Assembly: GCF_036321535.1 (NCBI RefSeq)
Contig: NC_087436.1
Location: 83,330,001-83,394,000 of the forward strand
Direction of reading: 5' to 3'
DNA: 64,000 bases
Source: Camelus dromedarius
Taxonomy: Eukaryota
Made by a program: the position numbers and the translations under genes. Shown here piece by piece: positions 50,601-59,885 of this stretch. Each line of letters begins with the position of its first letter. The stretch's first letter is position 1. The notes under the pieces are model-generated. The model ran no database searches. It worked only from the letters and a program-made list of their open reading frames with translations, and was not told where the DNA came from.

Positions 50601-53600
50601 AGCTCTTAGTTTCAGTGATCTTTTCCTAATGTTTTTTTTAGTCTCTGTTTCATTTATTTCTGCTCTGATCTTTGATTTTTTTTCTTTCTACTGAATTTGG
50701 ACTTTGTTCTAGTTCCTTTTGGTGTAGGGTTAGGTTGACCTAGGGTTTTTTTAAAACCAAAAAAACACTGCAGCTGCTATAGAGTGTGACTTGGCCGTTG
50801 GGGTTTTGAAAGCTCTGAAATCCAGAGTGCGGCTAGGGTTGAGAGACACTGGCCTAGACCAGTTTTTTCTTTTGGGATATATGTAATTCGAAGGCGTGGA
50901 AAATTTGATGCTTTTTCTTGGGTCTTTATGTGATTCTGAGATTGTACTTCATCTAAGTCATCTGTGGTTTATTGGACTTGCAATGAAGAATGAGAAAAAA
51001 GTCCCATGTTTATATTTTATCATAAGTATGTGTTAGTGTCTGTGTTCCACTACACCTTTGAATGAGGAAAGTAATTAAAATTTACATAACAACAGTGGTT
51101 TTAAGACCACGGTGGAGAGGTGATCTTGTTTGTATGTTCTCAAGTGTCCAGTTTGTCTTACGGTTTTTCTCTATGTGATTCAAGATGACTTTTGTCCTCT
51201 CAGTAGTTATCTGTGGCCATTTTAGTAAAATAATTATCAAGAACCAGATGTTAATAAACTTTGGCATCTCTGATTTGTTACTTGTCCTCCTCCTTTTCCC
51301 TTATAATGATATCCTAACTCATAACTCTGAGAAAATAACCAAGAAAATTTACTTTGAAAGTTGTATTTTTGTGCACAGATACAAAGGAGAAAAAAATTAT
51401 CATCTGGCTAATGCTTTAATATCACTTTTTTCCTCATTTCTAGTGACAAGTACAGGAGGCATAAGGCACTTTCAGCTTCTTCTTAGTTCTAGGTCAAGAA
51501 CAGGATTTGGGGAAATAAGTTGAAAAAGCAATTTTAGGAAATAAAAGTGTTTTATTTTTAACAACCTCACTAAATGAAGGATGTACAGTACAGGGTGGGC
51601 AGCAGTGAGGATTTTCAAGGCCATTATTGACGTGTCCTTTTTGTTACCTTTCTTACAAATTTGCAGCTCTATACCTTGAGCAAGAAATTAAGAGGCATTA
51701 AATTTTCATCGATTATTTGCAATGTAGATGATAACTGAACTCCGACTTTTTATAATATATTTTGCTGAGGTTTGGCGAACAGCTATGGCAATTGGTTAGT
51801 CATCTAAAACCCTTGATGTTACGGTGATTCAAGCAGAGGGGAAAGAAATCTGAAAAAGTCATATTGGTTTGGTTTCTCTGGGAAACAGACTCTGAGCCTG
51901 AGAATTGGGGCAGGGGGTGTGTGTGCTCTAGAACAACACTTCCTGAGAGATGAAGGAGGTAGGATTGGACAGGAGGGGAAGCTGAACTTCAGGTCAGTGT
52001 GGCAGGGGCCTTGGCTGGTCCCACGGGGGCTCTGAAGCTGGGATGGTCCTTCAGCCAGTCCTGAGTGGAGGCAAGGGGACTGGGCCCAGTGCCACAGCTC
52101 CACCTGCTGCCAGATGGGAAAGGAGTGAAGCGGTAGCGCCGGCAGTTCCCGGAGGGCAGCCCTGCTGGGAGCTGTCAGGAGCCTACACTGCCAGCCTGGG
52201 GGCACTGAGTGCCTCCCTCTGAAGGAGGGCCCTGTCCATAAGTGAAACACAAAATGGGGACCACATGAGGAGAGGGAGAGGAGAAAAGATCCATGCTATC
52301 ACATAATTTCTCTTTTTTACTCTTATATTTGATCCTTCAGAATTCTTCTCCTGCTGTTGACTTCAGGACGATGAACCAAGCACATTACACCAGTTTAATA
52401 AATGATGAAACCATAGCAGTTTGGAGACAAAAACTCTCAGAACACAACAATGCAAATACCATCAAGTACGTGTTGCTTGTATTTGTATTTGAAAGTATTG
52501 GAACTTTCTAGCTTAGGGACTTTCCCTACTATTAAGTTTGTGAATTTAAATGGAGTTTTACATTTTAGGAACTTTTTTTTTTTTTTTTTTTTTGCACACA
52601 TTGTTCAGGGTTTGGTGCCCTTAGCCCTAAAGAACATGATAGATTGTTCTCCCATTTTTATATAGAGCGTATTCCTCAACCTCCCTTGTTCGGATCTTAA
52701 AAATCCTGACTGATGAAGGCCTGATCTGGCCTTTCTGCTTTGAAAGCTCAGTGTTACTTTTGTTTAACCCTGAGAGTTTCTTCGATGCCTATTCCAAAGC
52801 ATCCCAAGTCCAGGACAGCTGTTGTTTTACCTAATCTGAATACTTCTAGCATTTTCACATTCAAAATGATAAGCTGAGATAGTAATTCAGTGTCAAGTAG
52901 AAAAAAAAAAGTACAATTAAAGGATTGAGACCGTTCAGCAAGTTTATTTTATTCTTAAAAGAGAATTTTTTTTTAACTTTGTTACACATTTTATTGGCTT
53001 TCCTCAGCTTTTCCATTTTTCTGCAGCGTCTAATTCTTGGGAATGAATGAATCATGCTGTGTTTCCTAGATGGTGGTCATGCCCAGAAAAGTGTAAAAAA
53101 ACATCTTGCCTTATGATGTAAATTGTAGTGGGGCAAAGCCCAGGGCCTTAAACTTTGGGCACACCAGGTAGCAACTTTTGAAGCAGGTGATCATTTGGAA
53201 TGCCTTAGAGCACCTCCACGGCAGTCCTCAGAATCCCCGTAACCCCTGAGAGGCTCTGCCAGGGAGTTAAAGCTGGAAGGTGGCAGGGAAGGGGATGAGG
53301 GGCTAGACTCACCGTGGGCCCGGTGGGGGGACTGCAGACTCCCTTTGCTGGGACCTTGGCACTTTTAATTCTCAGTTTTCTTATTTACAAAATAAAGGGA
53401 TGCAAGAAATGATCTCCTAAGATCTTTCCTGACCCAGATTCTTTGATCAACAGCAGTTACTGTGATCTTCTCCTCAACCATATATATTTTTTATTCCTCC
53501 CCTTTTCCTTACACTAAAGAAGAGGGTCCGGGGTTCCTGACCTGTGGTTTCACTCTGGTTCCTCAGAAACTAGCTATTTTCCCAGAAGCTGTGTAATCTC

Positions 53601-56600
53601 AGTAATAGGAATAAACACTTATTTCACTTATTTTTAGTTTTTCTCAGATGGGCAACAAAATAAAAGTGTTCAGTTATGAATTTGCAAAGATACTTTCTGT
53701 GTTTGGTAAATAACAGCTCAGCCTCTCTTTTTTGGGTTTATTTTGTGTTCATGTTTGGAGGTGAGGTGTGGATAGTGTCTTAGATCGTTGGTAGGAGAGG
53801 AATGTTCAAGGTCATTATTAGGCCCAAGAATTTTCTTTTGGTAGCTTTGATACTTTTTAAAAATTTTAACATGACTTATGTAAAACTTAAGTTCTTGTCC
53901 ATTTTGAGATGTGACACAATGTTTCTCTAAAGCAAATGTACATCTTCCAAAGCTTCACCTGGGTAAGAAAGAGCAGCTATTAATGAAACCCTGGAATAGG
54001 TGATTAACCTGTTGCTGACACTTAAATAACCATTTATTTGTAATTATTAAAGGCTTCCCTCCCTTTTTCTTTCTGAGCAGTGGTGTTGTTCAGATATTGT
54101 CTTCTGCAGCCTGTTGGAATGGAAGTTTTCTTGAAAAAAAGTAAGTGACTTAGAGTCTTAAAAAATACCCACGTGTGATCAAATGCTTACTCAGCATAGG
54201 CCGCCAAAGACTTCTGTTCTCTTTGATGGTGGTTGGCCTTAATTCAGTGGATAAGCTGATGATTTGTGCAAAAATCAGCATACCTAATGACGATGAATGA
54301 GAGGACATCAGGAAAGGCAGTGCTGACTCTCTCCTGGTTGGCAGAGAGGCAGAGGACCAAAGAGAGAGACGGCATCTCAGAAAGGGTTGGTGTAATCAAA
54401 AGTAAGATTTTTCAGGGTGTTCCAAGATGTTACTCCCACCATGTGTACAGTATTTGTTCTTAAATTCTTAGTTCTTTAAATAATCTCTTTGGTTTCTTTG
54501 GTTTGCTTTCCCATAGTTGTTTCTTTCCTCAAAAAGAGTAAATTTAGGGAAATTTCCAAGGGGACTTCAGGATTCCTTGGACTCAGGTCCAGCCCAGCTC
54601 ACCAGGAAATTACGTTTGGCCTGAACTCTCCGATAGTAAATGTTTCTTTGCTTGGCCTTAATCCCTTCTGCAAATAACCCCCTCAGGAACTTACTACAGC
54701 GGGACGGTCCTGTCATGGGTTTTGATCTTTGGTAATCCCAAGTCCTGAGCATCTCTCCATTCTTTTCCTTCCAGAGATAAGGCTAATGAAATCCCAGGAA
54801 GACTTTTGTTCTGTGTGTGAACCCTACTCCTCCCTGCCCTCCTCTCCCTTACAAATTCTGTCCCTAGCTGGGTTGCAAGAGGTTGCTTCAGAAACTCCAT
54901 TCAGTTATAGTAAAAGATTGCAAAGTCGTTTATTTGTATCATTAGGGCAACTGAAATGAGCTCATCCAATTCATTTTGGAGTCAATTCTTAGCCTTTTCT
55001 TCCAGGGAAAAATATTCTTTATTATGCTAATGTTGGTCTGTTAGAACAGTGATTCTCAACCAGGCTGATTTTGCTTCTCAGGGGACATTCAGCAATGACT
55101 GGTGACATTTTTGGTTGTACAGTGGGGGAGTGTATACTCCTGGCATCTAGAAGGCAAAGGCCAAGTATCTCACAATCCCTACAAAGAATTGTCTGACCCC
55201 AAAAGTCAAAAGTACTAAGGCTGAGAAACCTTGCTCTAAAAGGACAACTTGTATGAAAGTTGGGAATGGCTCTTGGCCAGGTTTGTAAGGTTATCTGTTC
55301 ATAGTATCATGGATTCTGTAGATGTGTGGGTCAAGCCTTTTGTTCTCTTTTAATGGACTTCTGTGCTATTTCAGGAGTTCTGTCCCCCCAGCTTTATGCA
55401 TCATAGGAAACCAGTGAAAATGAAGACCAGTTTAATGAAGCATAAATACATGTAGATAAAGTATTTTCTTAAAAGGCTTCTTAAGAGCATAGCAGAAGGT
55501 ACTTGTAAGCATGTGGAAGGTTACATATGGGACATCAGAATTAATTTCTGTGTTTTGGGCAGATTTATATTTAGACTGACAGCAACAGAAGACCCCACAA
55601 ACAAAGCCCAAACAGCTTCTCTTGATTTGACCAGTTAGGTTCCAGTACATATAATTATGATTTTTTTTCAAATGTTAGAAGTTCTACTTATGTTTTTATA
55701 AATTATAGCATTGCTGTCAGGTGGTTTTAAAACTATCTGAATGTGTCTGTTACGCATAAACAGAGGCCTGTTTTGCAAATAGATAGTTCTTTTGTAATTA
55801 ATAGATGTGGTATGTTCAAGAGTGGGAATTTAAAAGAGACATTCTCTTAAGTCTCTAAAATGCTAAGACTTTATTTAAGGGTAGAAAATAATTAGTTGCT
55901 AGGAAGTTAAAAACAGTAGCTGTGAAATTAGTCCTTGAGTGAATATAATTGTATCCTTTCCATTAACTAAGAAAGATGTTAACTTTGCATTTGTTGTAGA
56001 TCTGATTAAAAAAAAATACTTGCTTTAAGCTTGCCGTTAGCTGCTGAGTGGGCCATTTTGCATTAGCGGTGGTTTTTTTTTGTTTGTTTGTTTGTTTCTT
56101 TGTTTTTGCATTTAGGCACAGCCTCTATGTCTGGTTTAATGTACCACAATTACAGAAAGAGGCAAAAACACAAGAGTAAATCCGGGAGATAATACTCTGC
56201 ATATAAACAGCCTCAAACTGAAATGATGATCCTTGTCCTTTAACTTGAGAGAAAAAAGACTTGACAATTTTAAGATCATCTTGAAAAAGGGATTCTAGAG
56301 AGATTTATTCCGTCGGGTTTCCCCAAAGTATAATGTTTCCGTGCATCTTGTCTGCGAGGTCAAATTTAAGTCTGATTAGTTACATACAAGCTTTTTCATT
56401 TACCTGTTTATAATTTTTATCAGAGTGTTTACTTTTCTTCTGTTACACTTTTTTTGTTTGTTTGTTTAGAATTGATGAGCATTTTAAAACAAGTCCCAAA
56501 ATCCCTGGGATTGACCTGAACTCAACTAGAGTGTTATTTGAGAAGTTAATGAGCTCTCAGCACTCCATGATTCTAGAGCAGGTAGGTTTTTTACATTTAC

Positions 56601-59390
56601 AGAATGCATGCTTAAAAATGCATTTTTACATTGAAATAAGACAACTTTCAAGAGAAAAACAGTAAGTTGAAAAGGTAAAAAAGTCTTGTGTAAATCTTAA
56701 CTCTGTAATCCCTTTGGGAATTTGATCTCCCTTTAGCTTTCTATTTGGCTCAAGTTTTCTAAGGAAGTGCCCCTCCGGAGTGTAAGGTCTGCATGGGCAG
56801 GGATCTTTGGCTCTTCTTTTCACTGATGTTTCCTGGGTGCCCAGACCGGTGCCTGGACCATAGTGGGTCCTGGGTACATACTGAATGAATGAGAGTTGAG
56901 AGTCTCTCAAATAGTTTGTGAGTTGGACTAGATCTCAGGTGTGTTTGAATTTCTCAGTGCTCTTCTCTCTCCTACAGATCCTGAATAGCTTTGAAAGTTG
57001 CCTGATTCCTCAGTTGTCGAGTTCACCACCAGATGTTGAAGCAATGAGAATCTACTTAATACTACCTGAGTTTCCCCTGCTTCAGGATTCCAAGTACTAC
57101 ATAACGTTGACTATCCCCCTGGCGATGGCCATTCTGCGGCTGGATACAAACCCCAGCAAAGTCTTAGGTGAATTTGCTACATTTTGTGTAGGTTTTTGTG
57201 CTTTTTATTTTATTGATGTGACCATTGGCTCTCGGTGGATTGAGATCCAAGAATCAGTTTGTTGCCATTTAATATCCTTAACATTTAAACTTTTCTTTCT
57301 TTGATATTAATTTCTAATTAGCCATATTTGTAAATTAACCATTATTTAGAAACGGAACCATTATTTAAGGTTATTTGAAATGATTCTCGCCAGACTAATC
57401 TTGATTTTTAAATATTCACAATGTTAGATAATTCAACTGTATTTTTTTCTCCTCCTACACTTACTAGTTGTTAATAGTGCTTCAAAAATGAGTGTCCATC
57501 TGTTGTTCTTTCTCCTATACCTAACTTAGGGGGTGGGAGTGAAATGAACAGTTTTGGTGTGATACACAGGTCTCCAGAAAAGGAGAGGAAGAAAATGACC
57601 TGGTGGAGACTTACCAAATGTTTGTTTTGTTTTTCTTTTTTAGGACAGTTGAGTCCACACTGATTTTTGCAGGCTACGGACATTTTGCTGAGATAAGAAC
57701 CTTCCGTTCCTCAGTGAATTGGAGAGTGTCTCTCATGGGAGTAGCACCTGAGATGTTTTTATTAATCAAATGCAGAAAGTCTGTCACCTGGCTTTTCCCT
57801 TTTTTTTTTTTTTTTTTTTTTTTGCCTTGGTAAATTTTTTTTTAGGTATTCACTGCAGCTCAGTAACTTCTGCGTTCCATATGGACTAGGATGTTACTTG
57901 AGTGTGATTTCCCCATGAATAGAGACCTGTATTGCTGAGGATGGAATACTGGCTTTTCCATATTGCTTCCACCTTTGAAGAAGATATACAAACAGAAATA
58001 ATCAGGAAAGCACTAGTACTATATTAGTCCTTAATGTTTTTTAGGATTAAAAGCCCTTGGGGCGTATTTTCCCAGGTGTTCTAATAGACTGAGATAGAGA
58101 TGGCAATCTCTGAATATTTTACCTGTATTACCTGACTTTTAAGTTTGGGGGTTTTTAATTTTACTTTCTCCAGGTAGGATTATAAAGAGATCAAAATTGT
58201 TCAGTTTTACACTTAATTCGTTTTTAACTTCTAATTATAGAAATTTAAATTAAAAGAATCCCCCAAAGTAGAACACTGTAGATAGCCATCACACAAATTC
58301 CTGATAATCAGTATTTTGCCCCTTTTCCCCCTCCGTTCTCCCTACCACCGCCTTTTTATTTTTTCTGGAATGTATTTTAAAAATCTCAGACATTGTATCA
58401 TTTCATCCTATAAATATGTTAGTATGACCGAGTTTGTTTCTGACAAAGTAGAAACCAATGGTATAGTCTTCTTGTCTGGTTATCAGAAAGCATTGTTTAC
58501 TAAGAAACAGAAATAGTAGTTTTTCAAACTAATGTTGCTTCTTGAAAGGAGTGACCAGTTGCCGTATGGGTGCTGCTTCTGAGGCATGTGGTCCTCGGCA
58601 TCCGTGGTGCTGGACTTAGGTGGTGGCTGAGCAGAGGGCTGAGAGGACTGGGATATGTGAATGCTCCGGCCCCAGATCTGTGCCTTAGCATCTTGTTCAT
58701 GTGTACCCTTGGGACTGAACTTCCGGATCAGCCTTTTGAAGGAGTCCTCAAGGGAGGAGAAAAATCAGATCCAGCTTTATGAAAAAGCTCTGGGGTTCTT
58801 GTACAGCTGCTGCTTTCTCCAGAAATGCTTTAATGGACTCTTTTTTAACTCAGTTTTGGGAAGCATGTGTTTTAGACTAATGTTTATTTTCTAGCTGCAG
58901 CAGTTTTTAGCTAGTAGGCAGAAGACATTAATACTTGATCAAGATTACAGGTTGAAATGTGTTTTTCCTTTCTTTCTAAAGATAACTGGTGGTCTCAGGT
59001 ATGCCCGAAATATTTCATGAAGCTGGTAAACCTCTATAAAGGTGCAGTCGTTTATCTCCTGAGAGGAAGAAAGACATTCTTAATTCCCGTACTGTTTAAC
59101 AATTATGTTACAGCAGCTCTGAAGCTCTTGGAGAAGTTATACAAGGTGAGCACAGAAAAGAGCCAGTGGGGAGAGGGGTGAGGAGACAGTAGGGTAAAAT
59201 GATCTAATGAGATGTTCTATGGGGACCACTTTCCAGTTGCCTGGGTTTTAATTGTCCTTGTTTTGTTCTTCATCAGGTGAATCTTAAAGTGAAGCATGTG
59301 GAATATGATACATTTTACATTCCTGAGATTTCCAATCTCGTGGACATTCAGGAAGACTACCTCATGTGGTTCTTGCATCAAGCAGGCATG
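4364..59390 (+). CDS. HERC3: HERC3 E3 ubiquitin-protein ligase, spliced CDS, 3'-partial (14 coding exons, 1911 nt, aa 1-637)
   Basis: join(4364..4589,35265..35424,38889..38965,39816..40037,41262..41353,42557..42687,43177..43337,45490..45566,52341..52465,54081..54140,56470..56581,56978..57167,58982..59145,59277..59390). All junctions are GT-AG with compatible phases. Translation [15 protein letters not shown]...[11 protein letters not shown] matches HERC3 as I recall it, with RCC1-repeat motifs (CG..H...G....GQLG). Confidence 0.97.
8828..8983 (-). mobile_element. vic-1-type tRNA-derived SINE
   Basis: gtactggggattgaacccaggaccttgtgcatgctaag...ccactgagctat (A/B boxes on minus strand); poly-T tail; partial TSD gcacggc/gcacagc. 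Confidence 0.85.
10760..11015 (+). mobile_element. MIR SINE, near full length
   Basis: agagcatggactctggagccagac...aatcctggctctgccact...gctagctattatta. Confidence 0.85.
11791..12340 (-). mobile_element. MaLR (MLT1-like) LTR
   Basis: Terminus tgtataagtcaggatgctttcagctgcaagtaacagaa; cattggccaggcctgggttacatgcttaccc motif. Confidence 0.7.
14593..14679. repeat. (CT)n microsatellite / polypyrimidine tract with short CA tail
   Basis: Directly visible. Confidence 0.95.
15350..16200 (+). mobile_element. Ancient L1M ORF2 3'-region fragment (sense)
   Basis: agactgggagaaataattg, aaaacaagataccattttt and gcttattgcagcagtgttt motifs. Confidence 0.65.
16456..16963 (-). mobile_element. Solo ERV LTR (508 bp, ERV1-like by 4-bp TSD)
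   Basis: TG...CA termini; CTTT TSD at 16452-16455 and 16964-16967; minus-strand TATAAAA (16621-16627) and AATAAA (about 16550); CpGs retained. Confidence 0.85.
16706..16822. repeat. Tandem 23/24-bp CCAAT-box repeat (5 units; 47-bp higher-order period) in LTR U3
   Basis: GAAATGGACCAATCAGGAG and GAAATAACCAATCAGGAG alternate; CCAAT at 16714, 16737, 16761, 16784, 16808. Confidence 0.92.
17770..18325 (-). mobile_element. L1MB-like 3' end
   Basis: atagctttattggggtataattcacata...cccacttaaggtgtacagttcagtgg. Confidence 0.75.
18525..19530 (-). mobile_element. L1MA/MB-like 3' region
   Basis: ttaccatcttagccatttttaagtgtacagttcagtag...tatcagatatgtgagttgaaaatattttctcccattctg. Confidence 0.8.
19535..19795. 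mobile_element. MER5-like hAT-Charlie element with internal insert
   Basis: cagaatcacctgggcaactttttaaaaa...ctgattctggaggctgggatggacccagg...cactgctttaga. Confidence 0.55.
19926..20519 (-). mobile_element. 5'-truncated camelid-type L1 with perfect 15-bp TSD
   Basis: TSD tcattataatgtaat at 19911-19925 and 20520-20534; similar to the element at 1681. Confidence 0.9.
20567..20702 (-). mobile_element. vic-1-type SINE
   Basis: ggggaggtaattag...ggggattaaacctagg...gcatgctaggcatgca...ccactgagctataccc. Confidence 0.8.
21040..25050 (-). mobile_element. Old L1M, about 4 kb of decayed ORF2 plus 3' end
   Basis: ORF 24399-24761 is an L1 endonuclease remnant (YIPNNRA...DFNT.LS...[14 protein letters not shown]); continuous antisense L1 motifs. 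Confidence 0.85.
21876..22031 (+). mobile_element. vic-1-type SINE with 13-bp TSD, nested in L1
   Basis: gggggaggatatagcttagtggtagagtgcatgcttagtatgcatgagatcctgggttcgatcccc; TSD aaaatcaaattgg at 21863-21875 and 22032-22044. Confidence 0.92.
26015..26190 (-). mobile_element. Short L1 3'-end fragment (artiodactyl type)
   Basis: ttgaagtacagttgattt...ggtgtacagcaaagtgattcagttatac. Confidence 0.75.
26508..26812 (+). mobile_element. MER21-like LTR fragment
   Basis: ggttcctacacacagagctcctaaaacc...ccatgattagaagcttggaaattttcagcc...gggagaagggctggaaatggag. Confidence 0.7.
28221..30750 (+). mobile_element. Sense-oriented old L1: 5'UTR + ORF1 remnant + ORF2 start fused to 3' end (internal deletion)
   Basis: ORF1 motifs (aaaacttccaaatttggcaaaagacataaa; cagatcataatcaaacttctgaaaac); ORF2 start near 30165; jump to the 3' end near 30280; A-tail at 30743. 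Confidence 0.75.
31725..31880 (+). mobile_element. MIR fragment
   Basis: gggctttgaagtcaga...cctagctccactgctcactag...accttatagggttgttgcgaggatta. Confidence 0.7.
33270..35100 (-). mobile_element. HAL1-like (ORF1-only L1 relative) fossil
   Basis: ORF 33880-34095 [24 protein letters not shown]...QPRIPY resembles the L1/HAL1 ORF1 C-terminus; followed by the HAL1-like ggatccaggaaacagg motif rather than ORF2. Confidence 0.65.
34943..34969. repeat. (CACTCC)n short tandem repeat
   Basis: About 4 copies visible. Confidence 0.8.
35265..35424 (+). CDS. HERC3: HERC3 coding exon 2 (160 nt)
   Basis: [54 protein letters not shown]; cccag| acceptor, AG|gtgaga donor. Confidence 0.97.
36850..37030 (+). mobile_element. 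MIR fragment
   Basis: gtgaccttgggcaacttgtttaacttatctaaaccttggtttcct. Confidence 0.7.
37300..37800 (+). mobile_element. L1MC-like 3' end (sense)
   Basis: ccagggaattattctgagtgaaaa...tccatttatataacattcttgaaatgacaaaatt...gaatctacaattatctaaaaa. Confidence 0.75.
38260..38520 (-). mobile_element. L1 3' fragments
   Basis: aaccatttttaagtgtactgttcagtaatgttaagtatactc; tatacccagaagtgggg. Confidence 0.7.
38889..38965 (+). CDS. HERC3: HERC3 coding exon 3 (77 nt)
   Basis: [25 protein letters not shown]; ttttag| acceptor, G|gtaatg donor; absent from the ORF track, read manually. Confidence 0.96.
39816..40037 (+). CDS. HERC3: HERC3 coding exon 4 (222 nt)
   Basis: [18 protein letters not shown]...[12 protein letters not shown]; ttcag| acceptor, G|gtaggt donor. 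Confidence 0.97.
40078..40314 (-). mobile_element. Dimeric vic-1-type SINE (two tRNA-like heads, one tail)
   Basis: Two copies of ggaggtactggg..tgaaccc...catgctaagcatg...ctgagctat separated by a T-rich linker. Confidence 0.85.
40320..41190 (-). mobile_element. L2 fragment
   Basis: tgagatgtctattagacatccaagtggagg...gctgaatatgtgagtcagga; 3' end cattt...gtgctggccctgtgttggcac. Confidence 0.7.
41262..41353 (+). CDS. HERC3: HERC3 coding exon 5 (92 nt)
   Basis: [31 protein letters not shown]; ttctag| acceptor, AAG|gtaagg donor. Confidence 0.96.
41740..42218 (-). mobile_element. Two stacked young camelid-type L1 3' ends
   Basis: tttattgatttataatcattttacaatgttgtgtcaaattccagtg occurs twice, each after a T-tract; outer TSD atttagtttc at 41730-41739 and 42219-42228. 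Confidence 0.85.
42557..42687 (+). CDS. HERC3: HERC3 coding exon 6 (131 nt)
   Basis: [44 protein letters not shown]; gttag| acceptor, AG|gtgagt donor. Confidence 0.96.
43177..43337 (+). CDS. HERC3: HERC3 coding exon 7 (161 nt)
   Basis: [59 protein letters not shown] branch point near 43152, ccccag| acceptor, G|gtaaga donor. Confidence 0.96.
43462..43467 (+). terminator. Candidate intronic polyadenylation signal (AATAAA) downstream of coding exon 7
   Basis: AATAAA 86 nt after the read-through stop codon at 43373-43375; TGTA and T-rich sequence lie upstream. Confidence 0.45.
43585..43995 (-). mobile_element. MIR (about 43585-43800) plus short L1 3' insertion (about 43805-43980)
   Basis: gatgaggaaattgag...aacttgcccaag (MIR); ggtaaccactggtttgttctctgtatccgtgagtct (L1); TSD-like aaacttatgctctt / aagcctgtgctctt. 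Confidence 0.65.
45490..45566 (+). CDS. HERC3: HERC3 coding exon 8 (77 nt)
   Basis: [26 protein letters not shown]; gacag| acceptor, GAG|gtaaaa donor. Confidence 0.95.
47580..50737 (-). mobile_element. L1 (artiodactyl type), about 3.2 kb, ORF2 reverse transcriptase remnant, inserted into a MER5A-like element
   Basis: ORF 49950-50327 [19 protein letters not shown]...[21 protein letters not shown] is L1 RT; MER5 halves at about 47537-47580 and 50740-50858. Confidence 0.92.
51860..52250 (-). mobile_element. LTR16-like ERVL LTR
   Basis: ggtttctctgggaaacagactctgag...gtaggattggacaggaggggaagctgaac...cccacgggggctctgaagctgggatggtccttcag. Confidence 0.7.
52341..52465 (+). CDS. HERC3: HERC3 coding exon 9 (125 nt)
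   Basis: [41 protein letters not shown]; ttcag| acceptor, AA|gtacgt donor. Confidence 0.95.
54081..54140 (+). CDS. HERC3: HERC3 coding exon 10 (60 nt)
   Basis: [19 protein letters not shown]; gagcag| acceptor, AA|gtaagt donor. Confidence 0.95.
55047..55233 (+). mobile_element. MER20 hAT-Charlie element
   Basis: cagtgattctcaacc...ggggacatt..gcaatg.ctgg.gacatttttggttgt...aaggctgagaaaccttg. Confidence 0.85.
56470..56581 (+). CDS. HERC3: HERC3 coding exon 11 (112 nt)
   Basis: [37 protein letters not shown]; tttag| acceptor, CAG|gtaggt donor. Confidence 0.96.
56770..56895 (+). mobile_element. L2 3' end
   Basis: gggcagggatctttgg...ttcactgatg...gtgcctggaccatagtggg...tgaatgaatga. Confidence 0.7.
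56978..57167 (+). CDS. HERC3: HERC3 coding exon 12 (190 nt)
   Basis: [35 protein letters not shown]...DTNPSKVL; ctacag| acceptor, TAG|gtgaat donor. Confidence 0.96.
58982..59145 (+). CDS. HERC3: HERC3 coding exon 13 (164 nt)
   Basis: [21 protein letters not shown]...LKLLEKLYK; ctaaag| acceptor, AAG|gtgagc donor. Confidence 0.96.
59277..59390 (+). CDS. HERC3: HERC3 coding exon 14 (114 nt)
   Basis: [38 protein letters not shown]; catcag| acceptor, ATG|gtaaga donor. Confidence 0.96.
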
Positions 59391-59654
59391 GTAAGAATTC
59401 ATGGCAAGTATATCTTAAAGCTTTCATCTTTTCTCAGAGTACAAATAAGGGCAAGAAAAGCACATCTGGGGTCTAAAATTTGTCCTTCACTTTGATGTTA
59501 GCACCATACCTGTGTTTTACCGGCTGACTTGCGCATTCTTGAAATACTGAAGTGCTTTGAGTGGCCATAAATGGTCAGAAGCAGTCCTAAATGGGTGGTC
59601 ACCCACAATGGTATAAATTTTAATTAGTTGCCAACATTAAAAAAAAAAAAATCA

Positions 59655-59885
59655 AGTTATCTGAAGTAGTCAAATTCAAAGAAACAAAAAGTAGAATGGT
59701 GGTTGCCCAGGTCTGGGGAGAGATGGGGAGTTGTTTAATGGGTATAGAGTTTCAGTTTCGCAGGATAAAAAAGTTCTGGAGATCCATTGCACAATAATAT
59801 GAATATAGTTAACACTAATGACCTAACTATACACTTAAAAATGGTAAATTGGTGCACTTTATGTGTCTTTTGCCACAGTTTAAAA
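59655..59885 (+). mobile_element. L1MB-like 3' end (sense)
   Basis: agtagtcaaattca...agtagaatggtggttgcc...gtttaatgggtatagagtttcagttt...cacttaaaaatggt. Confidence 0.8.

Noticed and set aside
54075..54080. NAGNAG acceptor (GAGCAG) at exon 10
   Set aside because: Upstream GAG acceptors are rarely used; the downstream CAG gives the expected frame
57168..57304. Hydrophobic read-through tails after exon 12 (and after exon 9, 52466-52511) as membrane-anchored isoforms
   Set aside because: T-rich intron sequence translates as hydrophobic by default, and I saw no close canonical poly(A) signal, unlike the exon-7 case
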